Source: Trueperaceae bacterium (GTDB lineage: Bacteria; Deinococcota; Deinococci; Deinococcales; Trueperaceae). Taken from it: 64,000 bases of DNA. This document shows positions 49,015-58,326 of the stretch, one piece after another. The translations under genes were made by a program, and so were the position numbers. How positions within the stretch are numbered: position 1 is the first letter of the stretch; each line of letters begins with the position of its first letter. The notes beneath the pieces were generated by a model that saw only the letters and a program-made list of their open reading frames with translations, ran no database searches and was not told where the DNA came from. Location: positions 3,904,001 through 3,968,000 of the forward strand of contig OZ243913.1 in the NCBI GenBank assembly GCA_965213705.1. Reading direction: 5' to 3'.

Positions 49015-49517
49015 TGCCCACAGCAAAACCGAAACCTAAAACAGTACAAGTCACGCCCGAAGCCTACAACACCTTTTTGCAAGGGCTCGAGCTGAAACGG
49101 GTGCGACTGGCTTCCGCCAAGGTGAAGACCGAAGTAGACCATCCTGCACCCTCCGAAACTGAAATTCGCGCCGAGTACGAACGGGATTTTGAAAATGATG
49201 AGGGTGGTTTTGAAGCTTTTGCCAGCTATAGGCTCGAGTTTGTGAAAATAGAAACCGGTGAGGTTCAAGGTGTTGTCGAAGCGACCTTCGGGTTACAATT
49301 CGACAGTCCCGAGCCAATGCGTGAAGATATTTTTGAAATCTTCGGTGAGTTGAACTTGAAAGTCAACTCCTGGCCTTATGCCAGAGAGTACGTGCAAACC
49401 AACATGGGGCGGATGGATTGGCCGGGCTTCACGCTACCGCTTATGAAACCCTCGCTACCCAAACCTGAGCCTGCAGCAGTCGCCAAGCCAAAACGAAAGA
49501 GCAAGAAGAAAGTTTGA
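49014..49517 (+). CDS. SecB-like chaperone
   Basis: Beta-rich core followed by WPYAREYVQTNMGRMDWPGFTLP, like SecB PYxRE...P.l.LP; TGATG coupling. Confidence 0.75.
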   Translation: MPTAKPKPKTVQVTPEAYNTFLQGLELKRVRLASAKVKTEVDHPAPSETEIRAEYERDFENDEGGFEAFASYRLEFVKIETGEVQGVVEATFGLQFDSPEPMREDIFEIFGELNLKVNSWPYAREYVQTNMGRMDWPGFTLPLMKPSLPKPEPAAVAKPKRKSKKKV

Positions 49518-49809
49518 GCACGCCATAAGTAAGGTTGTTCTGTGTACAAGCGACTCGGCCTCTGCCGCTTTCTTGAAGGCTTGACTCGAGCACCGTTTTA
49601 GCCGGACAGTATCAACACAACGTCAACCCCACTTGTGTCTGGAAAAATAGCGCCGTCCTTGGGGCTGAAGCTGTTGTAATGGCTGCCTTGACAAAGCCGT
49701 AACCGAACTTGCCTTAGTCGTGCTTGTAGTAAACAGGGCGTGCCTCCACCTCGCTCTCAGCGCAGATGGTGATGTTCCTTATGACCACAGGCAACCTGTC
49801 ACCTGCAGC

Positions 49810-49873
49810 TTGACAAGCTACACGGCGCAGCTTAAAGTAAACCCATCCCAAGCGTAGTTAGGAACCTAGCTAC
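49810..49873 (+). promoter_or_regulatory. Promoter and palindromic operator upstream of TrmB regulator
   Basis: TTGACA-17 bp-TAAAGT; gtagttaggaacctagctac at 49854-49873. Confidence 0.65.
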
Positions 49874-49874
49874 T

Positions 49875-50747
49875 ATGCAAACCTTTGTCCGCAGCACTGT
49901 CGTCGGCAGCGTCGCTCGGAGCGCCGACGCGCTACGACCACTCGGTTTTACGACCTACGAGGCGAAAGCCTACGTCGCCCTGCTCAGTCGGGGCGCACTC
50001 AACGGCTACGAACTCGCCAAGGCGTCGGGCGTGCCACGCTCGATGGTTTACGAAACCCTGACCAAGCTGCTCGACAAGGGCGCGGTGAGCGCGCTGGCCG
50101 AAGACCAGGGCCGTTACGCGGCTGTACCTTCAGAAGAGTTGTTGCCCCGTTTGCGCGCCCAGACAGAAACCGAGTACCGCCACGCCGAAGAAGCGTTGGC
50201 CGCGCTCGAGACCCCGCCCACGGCAGACCTCATCCACCGCCTGGAAGGCGGCGCCCGCGCGCTGGCGGCCGCAGCGGACATGATTGACGGGGCGCGTGTT
50301 TCTTTGAAAGTTTCGGTGTGGGCGTCCGACTTAGAGACCCTGACGCCCGCCCTGCAGCGGGCGCACGCGCGCGGGGTAAACCTCGTCACGGTGCTGTTCG
50401 GCAGCACGCTTCCCGACAACATCGGCCGGGTCTACAAACACGCGGGCGCAGAAAGCGAATACCGCATCGTCGCGGCGCGGTTGCAGGCCGAACTACTCGT
50501 CATCGTCGCCGACCACCGCGAGGTGTTGCTGGCTAGTTTGAGCCCCGGTCCGGGTTGGGCGGTGCGCACCCGCGACCGCGCCCTCGTGCTGGTCTGCGAA
50601 GAGTACATAGGCCACGACATCGTGCTCTCGGCCCTCACCGAGCACTTCGGGGAAGAGGCGGTCAACCGGGTGTGGCAGGAGAACGCCGAGTTGCGCCGGC
50701 TGGTGTCGGGCGCGGACAAGCGTGAACAAGTACAGGAGGCGAGATGA
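49875..50747 (+). CDS. TrmB family transcriptional regulator
   Basis: LGFTTYEAKAYVALL, GYELAKASGVPRSMVYE. Confidence 0.9.
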   Translation: MQTFVRSTVVGSVARSADALRPLGFTTYEAKAYVALLSRGALNGYELAKASGVPRSMVYETLTKLLDKGAVSALAEDQGRYAAVPSEELLPRLRAQTETEYRHAEEALAALETPPTADLIHRLEGGARALAAAADMIDGARVSLKVSVWASDLETLTPALQRAHARGVNLVTVLFGSTLPDNIGRVYKHAGAESEYRIVAARLQAELLVIVADHREVLLASLSPGPGWAVRTRDRALVLVCEEYIGHDIVLSALTEHFGEEAVNRVWQENAELRRLVSGADKREQVQEAR

Positions 50748-51685
50748 ATCACGACTACCGCTTGATGGTGCGCATCCGCCGTTTTGAAGAAAGGGCTGAG
50801 GCGCTGTTTCTGGGCGGCAAGTTGCCCGGCTTCGTCCACCTGTCTACAGGCCAGGAGGCGGTGGCGGTGGGGGTGTGTTCGGGGCTGCGCAAAACCGACC
50901 TCATCACCTCCACCCACCGCGGCCACGGCCACGCCATCGCCAAGGGCATGAGCGTCGAAGCGATGTTTTTAGAGCTGTTCGGCAGCCGTGACGGGGCTTG
51001 CAAGGGCAAGGGCGGCTCGATGCACATTTTCGACTACCGCGTGGGGATGTTGGGCGCCAACGGCGTGGTGGCGGCGGGCCTCGCCATCGCCACGGGCGCA
51101 TGCCTTGCCGCGCAACTTGCCGACGACGGGCGCGTCGCCGTACCCTTTTTCGGCGACGGGGCGCTGGGCCGCGGAACCCTGCACGAGAGCTTGAACCTTG
51201 CAGCGGTCTGGAAGCTGCCCGTGGTTTTTGTGCTGGAACAAAACGGCTACGCCTCGACGACGCCTTACAACGACACCCACGCCTACCCCTCGGCCGCCGC
51301 TTTCGCGGAAGGGTACGGCCTGAAGGCTCACAAAGTCGACGGCAACGACCTGCGCGCCGTGGCTCGAGCGGCGCACGACCTCGTCGAGCGGGCGCGGCGC
51401 GGCGACGGCCCCGGCTTTCTGGAGGCCCTGACCACCCGCGTCAAGGGCCACTACGTGGGCGACCCCGAAACCTACCGCAACCGGATGGACGCGGCCGACA
51501 CGCGCGCGCTCGACCCGCTGGTGCGCTACCGAGCGTTTCTACTCGAGGAGGGTGTCGGAGAGGACGCCCTGCTCGACATCGAACAAGAAGAAGCGGAGCG
51601 CGTCGAAGCGGCGGCGGTCAAAGCGGCCGCCGCACCCCGTCCCGAGGCGGCCGAAGCCCTTACCGACCTGTTCGTGGAGGCCTGA
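50744..51685 (+). CDS. ThDP-dependent dehydrogenase E1 alpha (acetoin/pyruvate type)
   Basis: GQEA, THRGHGH, GGSMH, GDG...QN. Confidence 0.9.
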   Translation: MNHDYRLMVRIRRFEERAEALFLGGKLPGFVHLSTGQEAVAVGVCSGLRKTDLITSTHRGHGHAIAKGMSVEAMFLELFGSRDGACKGKGGSMHIFDYRVGMLGANGVVAAGLAIATGACLAAQLADDGRVAVPFFGDGALGRGTLHESLNLAAVWKLPVVFVLEQNGYASTTPYNDTHAYPSAAAFAEGYGLKAHKVDGNDLRAVARAAHDLVERARRGDGPGFLEALTTRVKGHYVGDPETYRNRMDAADTRALDPLVRYRAFLLEEGVGEDALLDIEQEEAERVEAAAVKAAAAPRPEAAEALTDLFVEA

Positions 51686-52713
51686 TGAGCACGTCTACGA
51701 GTACGGCTGCGAACACGACAACCGCGAGTACGACGGCCGCGCGCCGCATCAACTTAGCCCAAGCCACTTTGGAGGCGATGGACGAGGAGATGGCCCGCGA
51801 CCCGCGCGTTTTTCTGATGGGCGAGGACATCGCCCGGCAGGGCGGCGTGTTTGGGCAGTTCAAGGGCCTGAGCGAGCGCTACGGCTTGAGCCGGGTCCGC
51901 GACACGCCCATCTCCGAAGCCGCCCTGGTGGGCACCGCGCTGGGCGCGGCGCTGGCGGGGGCGCGCCCCGTTTTCGACATGCACTTCGCCGACTTTTCAC
52001 TCGTCGCGATGGACGAAATCGTCTCGCAGATTGCCAAGATTCGCTACATGTCGGGCGGGCAGGTCGAGGTGCCGCTCGTCATTCGGATGCCCGACGGCGC
52101 GATTCGTTCGGCGGCGGCGCAGCACTCGCAGTCTTTGGAGGCCCTGTTTTTGCACGTTCCGGGGCTGAAGGTGGTGACGCCGTCGAACCCCGCCGACGCC
52201 AAGGGCCTGCTCAAGGCCGCCATCCGCTCGCCCGACCCGGTGCTCTACCTAGAGCACAAGGCGCTCTACACCGTAAAGGGTGAGGTGCCCGAAGGCGACG
52301 TGGTGGTGCCGCTGGGCGCGGCGACGGTCGCGCGGGAAGGTCGGGACGTGACGCTCATTTCCTACTCGCTCACCCTGCGAAAAGCGCTGCAGAGCGCCGA
52401 ACACTTAGAGCAGCAAGGTGTGAGCACCGAGGTCGTCGACCTGCGCAGCCTCAACCCGCTCGACTGGGCCACGGTCTATGCGTCGGTGCGCAAGACGAAG
52501 CGGGCGGTGGTCGCGCACGAGGCTTGGCGCGCCTACGGGGTCGGCGCGGAAATCGCCGCGCGTTTGCACGAGACGCTCCACCGCGAGCTGGCCGCACCGG
52601 TCGAGCGCGTGGGCGCGGCGCACGTGCCGATTCCCTTTTCGCCGCCGCTCGAGCAAGCCGTCATCCCGCAAGTTGAGGACATCACCGCCGCCGCGCTTAG
52701 GGCGCTCGCGTGA
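51685..52713 (+). CDS. Dehydrogenase E1 beta
   Basis: GEDI, DTPISE, AQHSQ, EHK, DLRSLNPLD. Confidence 0.9.
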   Translation: MSTSTSTAANTTTASTTAARRINLAQATLEAMDEEMARDPRVFLMGEDIARQGGVFGQFKGLSERYGLSRVRDTPISEAALVGTALGAALAGARPVFDMHFADFSLVAMDEIVSQIAKIRYMSGGQVEVPLVIRMPDGAIRSAAAQHSQSLEALFLHVPGLKVVTPSNPADAKGLLKAAIRSPDPVLYLEHKALYTVKGEVPEGDVVVPLGAATVAREGRDVTLISYSLTLRKALQSAEHLEQQGVSTEVVDLRSLNPLDWATVYASVRKTKRAVVAHEAWRAYGVGAEIAARLHETLHRELAAPVERVGAAHVPIPFSPPLEQAVIPQVEDITAAALRALA

Positions 52714-52973
52714 CCCGGACGGTTCCTATGCCCCAGCTCGGCCTCACGATGGAAGAGGGGACGCTGCTGCGCTTTTTGGTCCAGGTCGGCGAGTTCGTCG
52801 AGGCGGGGCAGGACCTGCTGGAGGTCGAGACGGACAAGGCGGTCAACACCGTGCCTTCGAGCGACCGCGGCTACTTGCGCGAGGTCTGCGCCGCGCCGAA
52901 CACCGAGTACCCCGTCGGCGCGGTGTTAGCCTACCTCACCGACACGGCGGACGAGGCGTTGGAGCGCTCGTGA
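52710..52973 (+). CDS. Stand-alone lipoyl domain protein
   Basis: MPQLGLTMEEG...EVETDKA. Confidence 0.85.
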   Translation: MTRTVPMPQLGLTMEEGTLLRFLVQVGEFVEAGQDLLEVETDKAVNTVPSSDRGYLREVCAAPNTEYPVGAVLAYLTDTADEALERS

Positions 52974-53833
52974 CGGGCGCGACCCTGGCCCGCTGGCGCG
53001 ACCGGGCGCAGCCCACCGTCGACCTGTACGTCGACGGTCGCTTGCCCGGCTACGGGCGCACCTTGTTCGTCCTCATGGGCGCCACCCTGACCGACCGCGC
53101 CGCGGCCCTGGGCGTCAAGCCAGGTTTCAACATCGCCATGCTCGAGTCGCCCCCCGGCAAGGGCGCAGCGCCCCACATCCACGAAACCCTCGAGGTCCTC
53201 ATGCCGGTGACGGGCAGGTGGCGCTTCGAAGCGGGTGGGCACGCCGTAGAGCTGGGACCCCTCGACGTGCTCGTCATTCCCACCCACCTCTACCGGAGTT
53301 TTCGCAACGTGAGCGGCGAGACGGCCAAGCTGTTCGCGCTCGTCGCCGGCCGCGACATGGTCAACACCATCGCCATGCACCCGGACGTCGTGGCGGCCGC
53401 CCGCGGGGCTGGCTTAGACGTCGACGACGTCGGCCGGCAGCGCTTGCCGGGGTTCGAGCCACAGGCCGTTCACATCACCGAGCGACGCGCGAGCGCCGAG
53501 GAGGTCGCACGCGGGGCTGTGCTTTACGAGACCTTCGCCGACTCGAGCGGCTACCTGCACGTGCTGGGACCCCGCGACAGCGACGCGCGCGTCGAAGAGG
53601 ACGTTTCGTTCTCGCTCGGCTTCGTGCGGGGCGGGAGGTACGAGCCGGACCGCGCGAGCAGCTTGGAAGTGCTCGTGCCTTTAAGTGAGGCCTGGCGGCT
53701 CGAGGAGCCCGGCGGGGCGACGCCCCTAGAGCCCTTCGACACGGTGCTGGCCTCCAACGGAACGTTTCTCAACCCCGACCCCCACGCGCTGCTGCTCACC
53801 TTACGGGAACACCATCCAAAGGAGGATGTATGA
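52970..53833 (+). CDS. Cupin domain protein
   Basis: PPGKGAAPHIHETLE, IPTHLYRSFRN; GTG overlaps upstream stop. Confidence 0.75.
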   Translation: MTGATLARWRDRAQPTVDLYVDGRLPGYGRTLFVLMGATLTDRAAALGVKPGFNIAMLESPPGKGAAPHIHETLEVLMPVTGRWRFEAGGHAVELGPLDVLVIPTHLYRSFRNVSGETAKLFALVAGRDMVNTIAMHPDVVAAARGAGLDVDDVGRQRLPGFEPQAVHITERRASAEEVARGAVLYETFADSSGYLHVLGPRDSDARVEEDVSFSLGFVRGGRYEPDRASSLEVLVPLSEAWRLEEPGGATPLEPFDTVLASNGTFLNPDPHALLLTLREHHPKEDV

Positions 53834-54846
53834 AAAAATGGCTGCTGACCATGCTCGTACTCGGAACGTTTTTGGCGCTCGGCGTCACCACGGCGCAGCG
53901 CACGCTGCGCCTGTCTTACATCGCGCCCGAAGGCGACAAATGGGACTTGGGCGCTAAGCGCTTCGCCGAACTCGTCGAAGAGCGTTCCGGCGGCGCGCTG
54001 CGCGTCGAGACCTTCCCCGGCTCCATCCTGGCAAACCGTTCACAACAGGCCGAGGTGCAGGCCGTCCAGTCCGGCACCATCGACATGGCGATGGTCAGCC
54101 CCATCCTGCTGGCCCTGTTCGTCGACTCGCGCTTCGACATGTACAGCTTGCCGTTTCTGTTCCCCGACCAGGAAGTCGCCCTGGCGACCGTCGACGAGCT
54201 GCGCCCGCAGACCGACGCCTGGCTCAGCGAGCGCGGCCTGCAGGCCCTCGCCTACGGCGTCAACGGCTTCCGGCAGGTCACCAACTCGGAGCGCGTCATC
54301 ACGAGTCCCGAGGACATGGCCGGGCTCAAGTTCCGCGCGGCGGGAACGCAGATTTTTCTCAAGACCTTTGAAGAGCTGGGCGCGTCGGCCATCACCATGA
54401 ACTTCGGCGAGGTGTTCACCTCGCTGCAGCAAGGCGTCATCGACGGCCAAGAAAACCCGCTCGGCGTCATTCTTTCGACGAAACTCTACGAGGTGCAGCC
54501 CTACGCGACGGTGTGGAACTACGCCTTCGACCCGGTCATCCTGACCATGAACGCCCAACTGTTCTCGACCTTTTCGGCAGACGAGCAAAGCCTGCTGCAG
54601 ACGGCGGCGGAAGACGCCATGCAGTACGAGCGCGAGCTGGCGGCCGCGTCGGACACGACCGCGCCGGAAACGCTCACCGCGGAGGGCATGAACGTCTACT
54701 ACCCCAGCGCCGAAGAGTTGGCCGTGTTCAGGGACGCGGTCGGAGCCGTCTACACCGACCCCGCCATCGTGGAGCGAATAGGCGCGGAAAACCTGGACCT
54801 CGTCACCCGTACGGTAGAGCGCATTCGCACCGAGATGGGCCGCTAA
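53830..54846 (+). CDS. dctP: TRAP substrate-binding protein
   Basis: Signal peptide; NGFRQ, GLKFR, EVFTSLQQGVIDGQENP. Confidence 0.9.
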   Translation: MKKWLLTMLVLGTFLALGVTTAQRTLRLSYIAPEGDKWDLGAKRFAELVEERSGGALRVETFPGSILANRSQQAEVQAVQSGTIDMAMVSPILLALFVDSRFDMYSLPFLFPDQEVALATVDELRPQTDAWLSERGLQALAYGVNGFRQVTNSERVITSPEDMAGLKFRAAGTQIFLKTFEELGASAITMNFGEVFTSLQQGVIDGQENPLGVILSTKLYEVQPYATVWNYAFDPVILTMNAQLFSTFSADEQSLLQTAAEDAMQYERELAAASDTTAPETLTAEGMNVYYPSAEELAVFRDAVGAVYTDPAIVERIGAENLDLVTRTVERIRTEMGR

Positions 54847-54852
54847 CCCCGA

Positions 54853-55389
54853 GTGTCGCCCCCCGGACGCCCCACGAAACGCCGCACGGTCTTCAACTTG
54901 CCCGTAGAAGAAAACCTGGCCGCGCTGCTCCTCGTAGCCATGACGACCATCGCTTTCGTGGGCACGGTGAGCCGCTACGTGTTCAACCGGGGCATCCCGT
55001 TTTTGGAGCAGTTCACCCCCGAACTGTTCGTGTGGATGACCTTTTTGGGCGCGGCGGCGGCGGCGCAGCGGCGGGCGCACCTGGGCAGCACTTTTTTGCT
55101 CGAGCAGCTTCCCCCCAAACTCCGCCGCGCGCTGCGGCTCGTGCTGCTCGGCTTGTCGGTGGTTTTTTTCGGCATCCTCGTTTATTACGGCTGGCAGGGG
55201 GTCCAAAACGACCTCCGCTTCGGCATGAAGAACGCGCTGGGGCTGCCCAACTGGGTCATCACGGTGGCGGTGCCGATAGGAGGCTTGCTGCTTATAGCGC
55301 GCTCGGTGCAGGCGTTTCTCACCGAGCCCGCCGCTGAACCCACTGCTGAACCAGTTGCCGAACCCGCTGCTGAGTCTCCAGCAGAATGA
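54853..55389 (+). CDS. dctQ: TRAP small permease
   Basis: 4 TM; SRYVFN, WMTFLGA, H. Confidence 0.85.
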   Translation: MSPPGRPTKRRTVFNLPVEENLAALLLVAMTTIAFVGTVSRYVFNRGIPFLEQFTPELFVWMTFLGAAAAAQRRAHLGSTFLLEQLPPKLRRALRLVLLGLSVVFFGILVYYGWQGVQNDLRFGMKNALGLPNWVITVAVPIGGLLLIARSVQAFLTEPAAEPTAEPVAEPAAESPAE

Positions 55390-56678
55390 ACTTACCCCTC
55401 GCCCTCACCCTTTTCAGCGCTTTTTTCTTCTTGCTGCTGTCCGGACTCCCGGTCGCCCTCAGCCTCGGCTTATCGGCGGTGGCGGCGATCGTAATTTTCG
55501 ACTTGGGCAGCCTGCAACTCGCGCCCCAACTCATGGTGTCGGCGACGAACTCCTGGACGCTGCTCGCCATCCCCTTTTTTATCCTGGCGGGCAACTTGCT
55601 GGGCCACTCCGAGCTTTCCCGGCGACTGGTCGTCCTGGCAGAAACGGTCGTCGGCAACGTGCCGGGCGGGCTCGCTATCGTAACCATTGGGGTGAGCATC
55701 TTTTTTGCGGGCATTTCCGGCTCGGGCGCGGCCGACACGGCGGCGCTCGGCGCGCTGCTCATTCCGGCGATGGTCGCTTCGGGCTACGGCAAGGACTTTG
55801 CCGCCGGCTTGATAGCGGCGGGGGGCGGTATCGGCATTATCGTGCCGCCCAGCATCGCCCTCATTATCTACGGCGTGGTGGCGCAGAACGTTTCGATAGG
55901 CAAACTTTTTATCGCGGGCATCGTGCCGGGCATCATCGTGGGTTTGTCGCTCATGGTCGTGGCCTACCTCATCTCCAGGCGGCGCGGCTACCGGGCGGCG
56001 CGTCCGCGGGGCAACCTTAGAGAAGTCGCCGTCGCCCTGCGCCGCGCCCTGTGGGGTTTGCTCGCGCCCCTGATTATCTTGGGCGGCATCTACGGCGGCA
56101 TCTTCACCCCGACCGAGTCGGCGGCGGTGGCGGTGGTGTACGGCTTGTTGGTGGGCGTTTTTATCTACCGCGACCTGACGCCGAAGGTGATTTGGTCCAT
56201 CCTGCGCGCTTCCGCCGTGACCACCGCGGCGGTCATGTTCATCGTCGCCGCGGCCAGCTTGTTCAGCTACGTCTTGACCGTGGGACAGCTCGCGAGCGGC
56301 ATCGCGAACGCGCTCGTCACGCTGACCACCTCGAAATACGTGCTGCTCTTACTTGTCAACCTCGTCTTGCTCGTGGCGGGCATGTTTATGGACGGCATCA
56401 GCGTGTTCTATATTTTTGTGCCCATATTTTTGCCCGCCCTGGTGCAACTCGGTGTCGACCCCCTGCACTTCGGCGTCGTCGCGACGGTCAACGTCGCCAT
56501 CGGTCAGATTACGCCGCCTGTCGGCGTCAACCTGTTCGTCGCCGCGCCCATCGCCGGCGTCAACCTGCAACAAATCAGTCGGGGCGTGCTCCCCTTCGTG
56601 GCGGCGGAACTTTTGGCGCTGACGGTCATCAGCTTGTTTCCCCAGTTGTCTTTGTGGTTGCCCGGCCTTTTGGGTTAG
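55386..56678 (+). CDS. dctM: TRAP large permease
   Basis: AIPFFILAG, SGSGAAD, IVPPS, FTPTE, TPPVG. Confidence 0.92.
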   Translation: MNLPLALTLFSAFFFLLLSGLPVALSLGLSAVAAIVIFDLGSLQLAPQLMVSATNSWTLLAIPFFILAGNLLGHSELSRRLVVLAETVVGNVPGGLAIVTIGVSIFFAGISGSGAADTAALGALLIPAMVASGYGKDFAAGLIAAGGGIGIIVPPSIALIIYGVVAQNVSIGKLFIAGIVPGIIVGLSLMVVAYLISRRRGYRAARPRGNLREVAVALRRALWGLLAPLIILGGIYGGIFTPTESAAVAVVYGLLVGVFIYRDLTPKVIWSILRASAVTTAAVMFIVAAASLFSYVLTVGQLASGIANALVTLTTSKYVLLLLVNLVLLVAGMFMDGISVFYIFVPIFLPALVQLGVDPLHFGVVATVNVAIGQITPPVGVNLFVAAPIAGVNLQQISRGVLPFVAAELLALTVISLFPQLSLWLPGLLG

Positions 56679-56720
56679 CGCTCGAGCCCTGAACCGTTCG
56701 GTACGGATTCCAACAACACA

Positions 56721-56772
56721 ACTGATTCCTTTCCGGTTAATTCCCTCGGGAACTAACCGGAAAGGGTGTCAG
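56721..56772. terminator. Long hairpin between convergent genes
   Basis: cctttccggttaattccc-tc-gggaactaaccggaaagg. Confidence 0.65.
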
Positions 56773-56900
56773 TGACGTGTGGAAGCGCTAAAGACATGGG
56801 ACCGAAAAGCCTCGTCAGGCGTGGTCGCGCCAGCTACCGCTAAGTTTGGCAGGTGTGTCGTCAAAACTTTCGCTGAGCGTCGGGTCTACCGAAAGGCGTG

Positions 56901-57926
56901 TCAGCCGGGATTTCCGGTTCCGCCCGTCGCACCGAAAACCTGACTGGTCACGTAGGTCGTGGCGTCTCTGGACGCGAGCATCACGTAGATAGGCGCGAGT
57001 TCGGCCGGCTGACCCGGACGGCCCAGCGGCGTCCCGCTGCCGAACGTCACCACGTTTTCAGGCTTTTGCCCACCGGTGACTTGCAGCGGCGTCCAAAAAG
57101 GCCCCGGCGCCACGGCGTTTACGCGTATTCCCTGGTCGACGACCTGTTTGGCAAGCGCGTGTGTAAAGGCCACTATCGCCGCTTTGGTCTGGGCGTAGTC
57201 GAGCAGAATTTTCGAAGGGTCGTAGGCCTCGACCGAGGCGGTGTTGACGACACAAGCACCTTCTGACAAGTGTGGCAGTGCAGCTTTGGTAATCCAGAAC
57301 AGTGCGTAGACGTTCGTCTTCAACGTCTGGTCGAACTGTTCGGTGGTGATGTCGAGAATCGACGGCTGCCACCGCTGAAACGCGGCGTTGTTAACGAGCA
57401 CGTCGAGCCCGCCCAGCTCGCCGACCGCCGTGGTGACCAGTTGCTGGCAAAACGCCTCGTCCCGGATGTCGCCCGGAATGGGCACGGCCTTTCTACCCGC
57501 CGCCTCGACGAGCGCCACGACCTCTTGCGCGTCCGGCTCCTCGGCGGGGAGGTAGTTGATGGCGACGTCGGCCCCCTCGCGCGCGTAGGCGATGGCCGCG
57601 GCCCGGCCTATGCCGGAGTCTCCGCCGGTGATGAGCGCCCTGCGACCCACCAGCTTGCCCGACCCCTGGTAGCTTGTCTCGCCGTGGTCGGGTACGGGTT
57701 CCATGAGCCCGGTCAGACCCGGCCACATTTGCCGCTGGGCCGGGAACGGCGGCTCCGGATACTCGGGGGGTGGCTGACTCACCTGCGCCGCGCCGTTGCC
57801 GGCAGCACCTCCCGTAGCTGCATCCTGTTGGCCGAGCGCCGGCGTCGCCAGCGCCGCGACGAGGCCGGTACCGATGCCGCCGAGGACGCGGCGACGTGAC
57901 AGCTTGACGTCAAATTCCGATTTCAT
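56901..57926 (-). CDS. SDR oxidoreductase (YghA/YdaD-like) with twin-arginine-like leader
   Basis: TGGDSGIG, NNA, YAQTK, PGPFWT; N-terminal SRRRVL plus hydrophobic stretch. Confidence 0.88.
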   Translation of the reverse strand: MKSEFDVKLSRRRVLGGIGTGLVAALATPALGQQDAATGGAAGNGAAQVSQPPPEYPEPPFPAQRQMWPGLTGLMEPVPDHGETSYQGSGKLVGRRALITGGDSGIGRAAAIAYAREGADVAINYLPAEEPDAQEVVALVEAAGRKAVPIPGDIRDEAFCQQLVTTAVGELGGLDVLVNNAAFQRWQPSILDITTEQFDQTLKTNVYALFWITKAALPHLSEGACVVNTASVEAYDPSKILLDYAQTKAAIVAFTHALAKQVVDQGIRVNAVAPGPFWTPLQVTGGQKPENVVTFGSGTPLGRPGQPAELAPIYVMLASRDATTYVTSQVFGATGGTGNPG

Positions 57927-58326
57927 GTTTTCTCCTGACTTTGGTCATCCTTGTGGTTGGTTATTCCCGTGGTTGTTTGTCCTTGTGAGAGGTGAGGGAC
58001 GGCGGGCCTGCTTGACCTGCTACCTGCTTGACCTGCAAGAGGCAAAAGCGCAGTTTGTGTTCCGTAGAAACCGTGCAGGTCGATGTTCGCGGAACGGTTG
58101 CGCGATTCGGCCGGGTTCCGTTCGGGTGCCTTTGGTTGAGGTTTGTGCGGCCGGTACGGTCAACCCCCGGTTACTCGCCTAGTGTTTCTGGGCCGAACAG
58201 AAAAAGTGGGTTGACCGGCGAACGCTCAGCTGACCCGCTGTTCACGTTGGCGGTCTTGAGGTAGCGGGTGTCGTGCGAACGAGGGGGCCTGTAAGGTGGC
58301 GGTCCCCTCGGTTCGCGCGGGCTAGC

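Noticed and set aside
57930..58320. Possible structured RNA or riboswitch in long intergenic regions (also 12440-12760, 32300-32620, 49520-49800)
   Set aside because: No recognisable consensus; would need an Infernal/Rfam search
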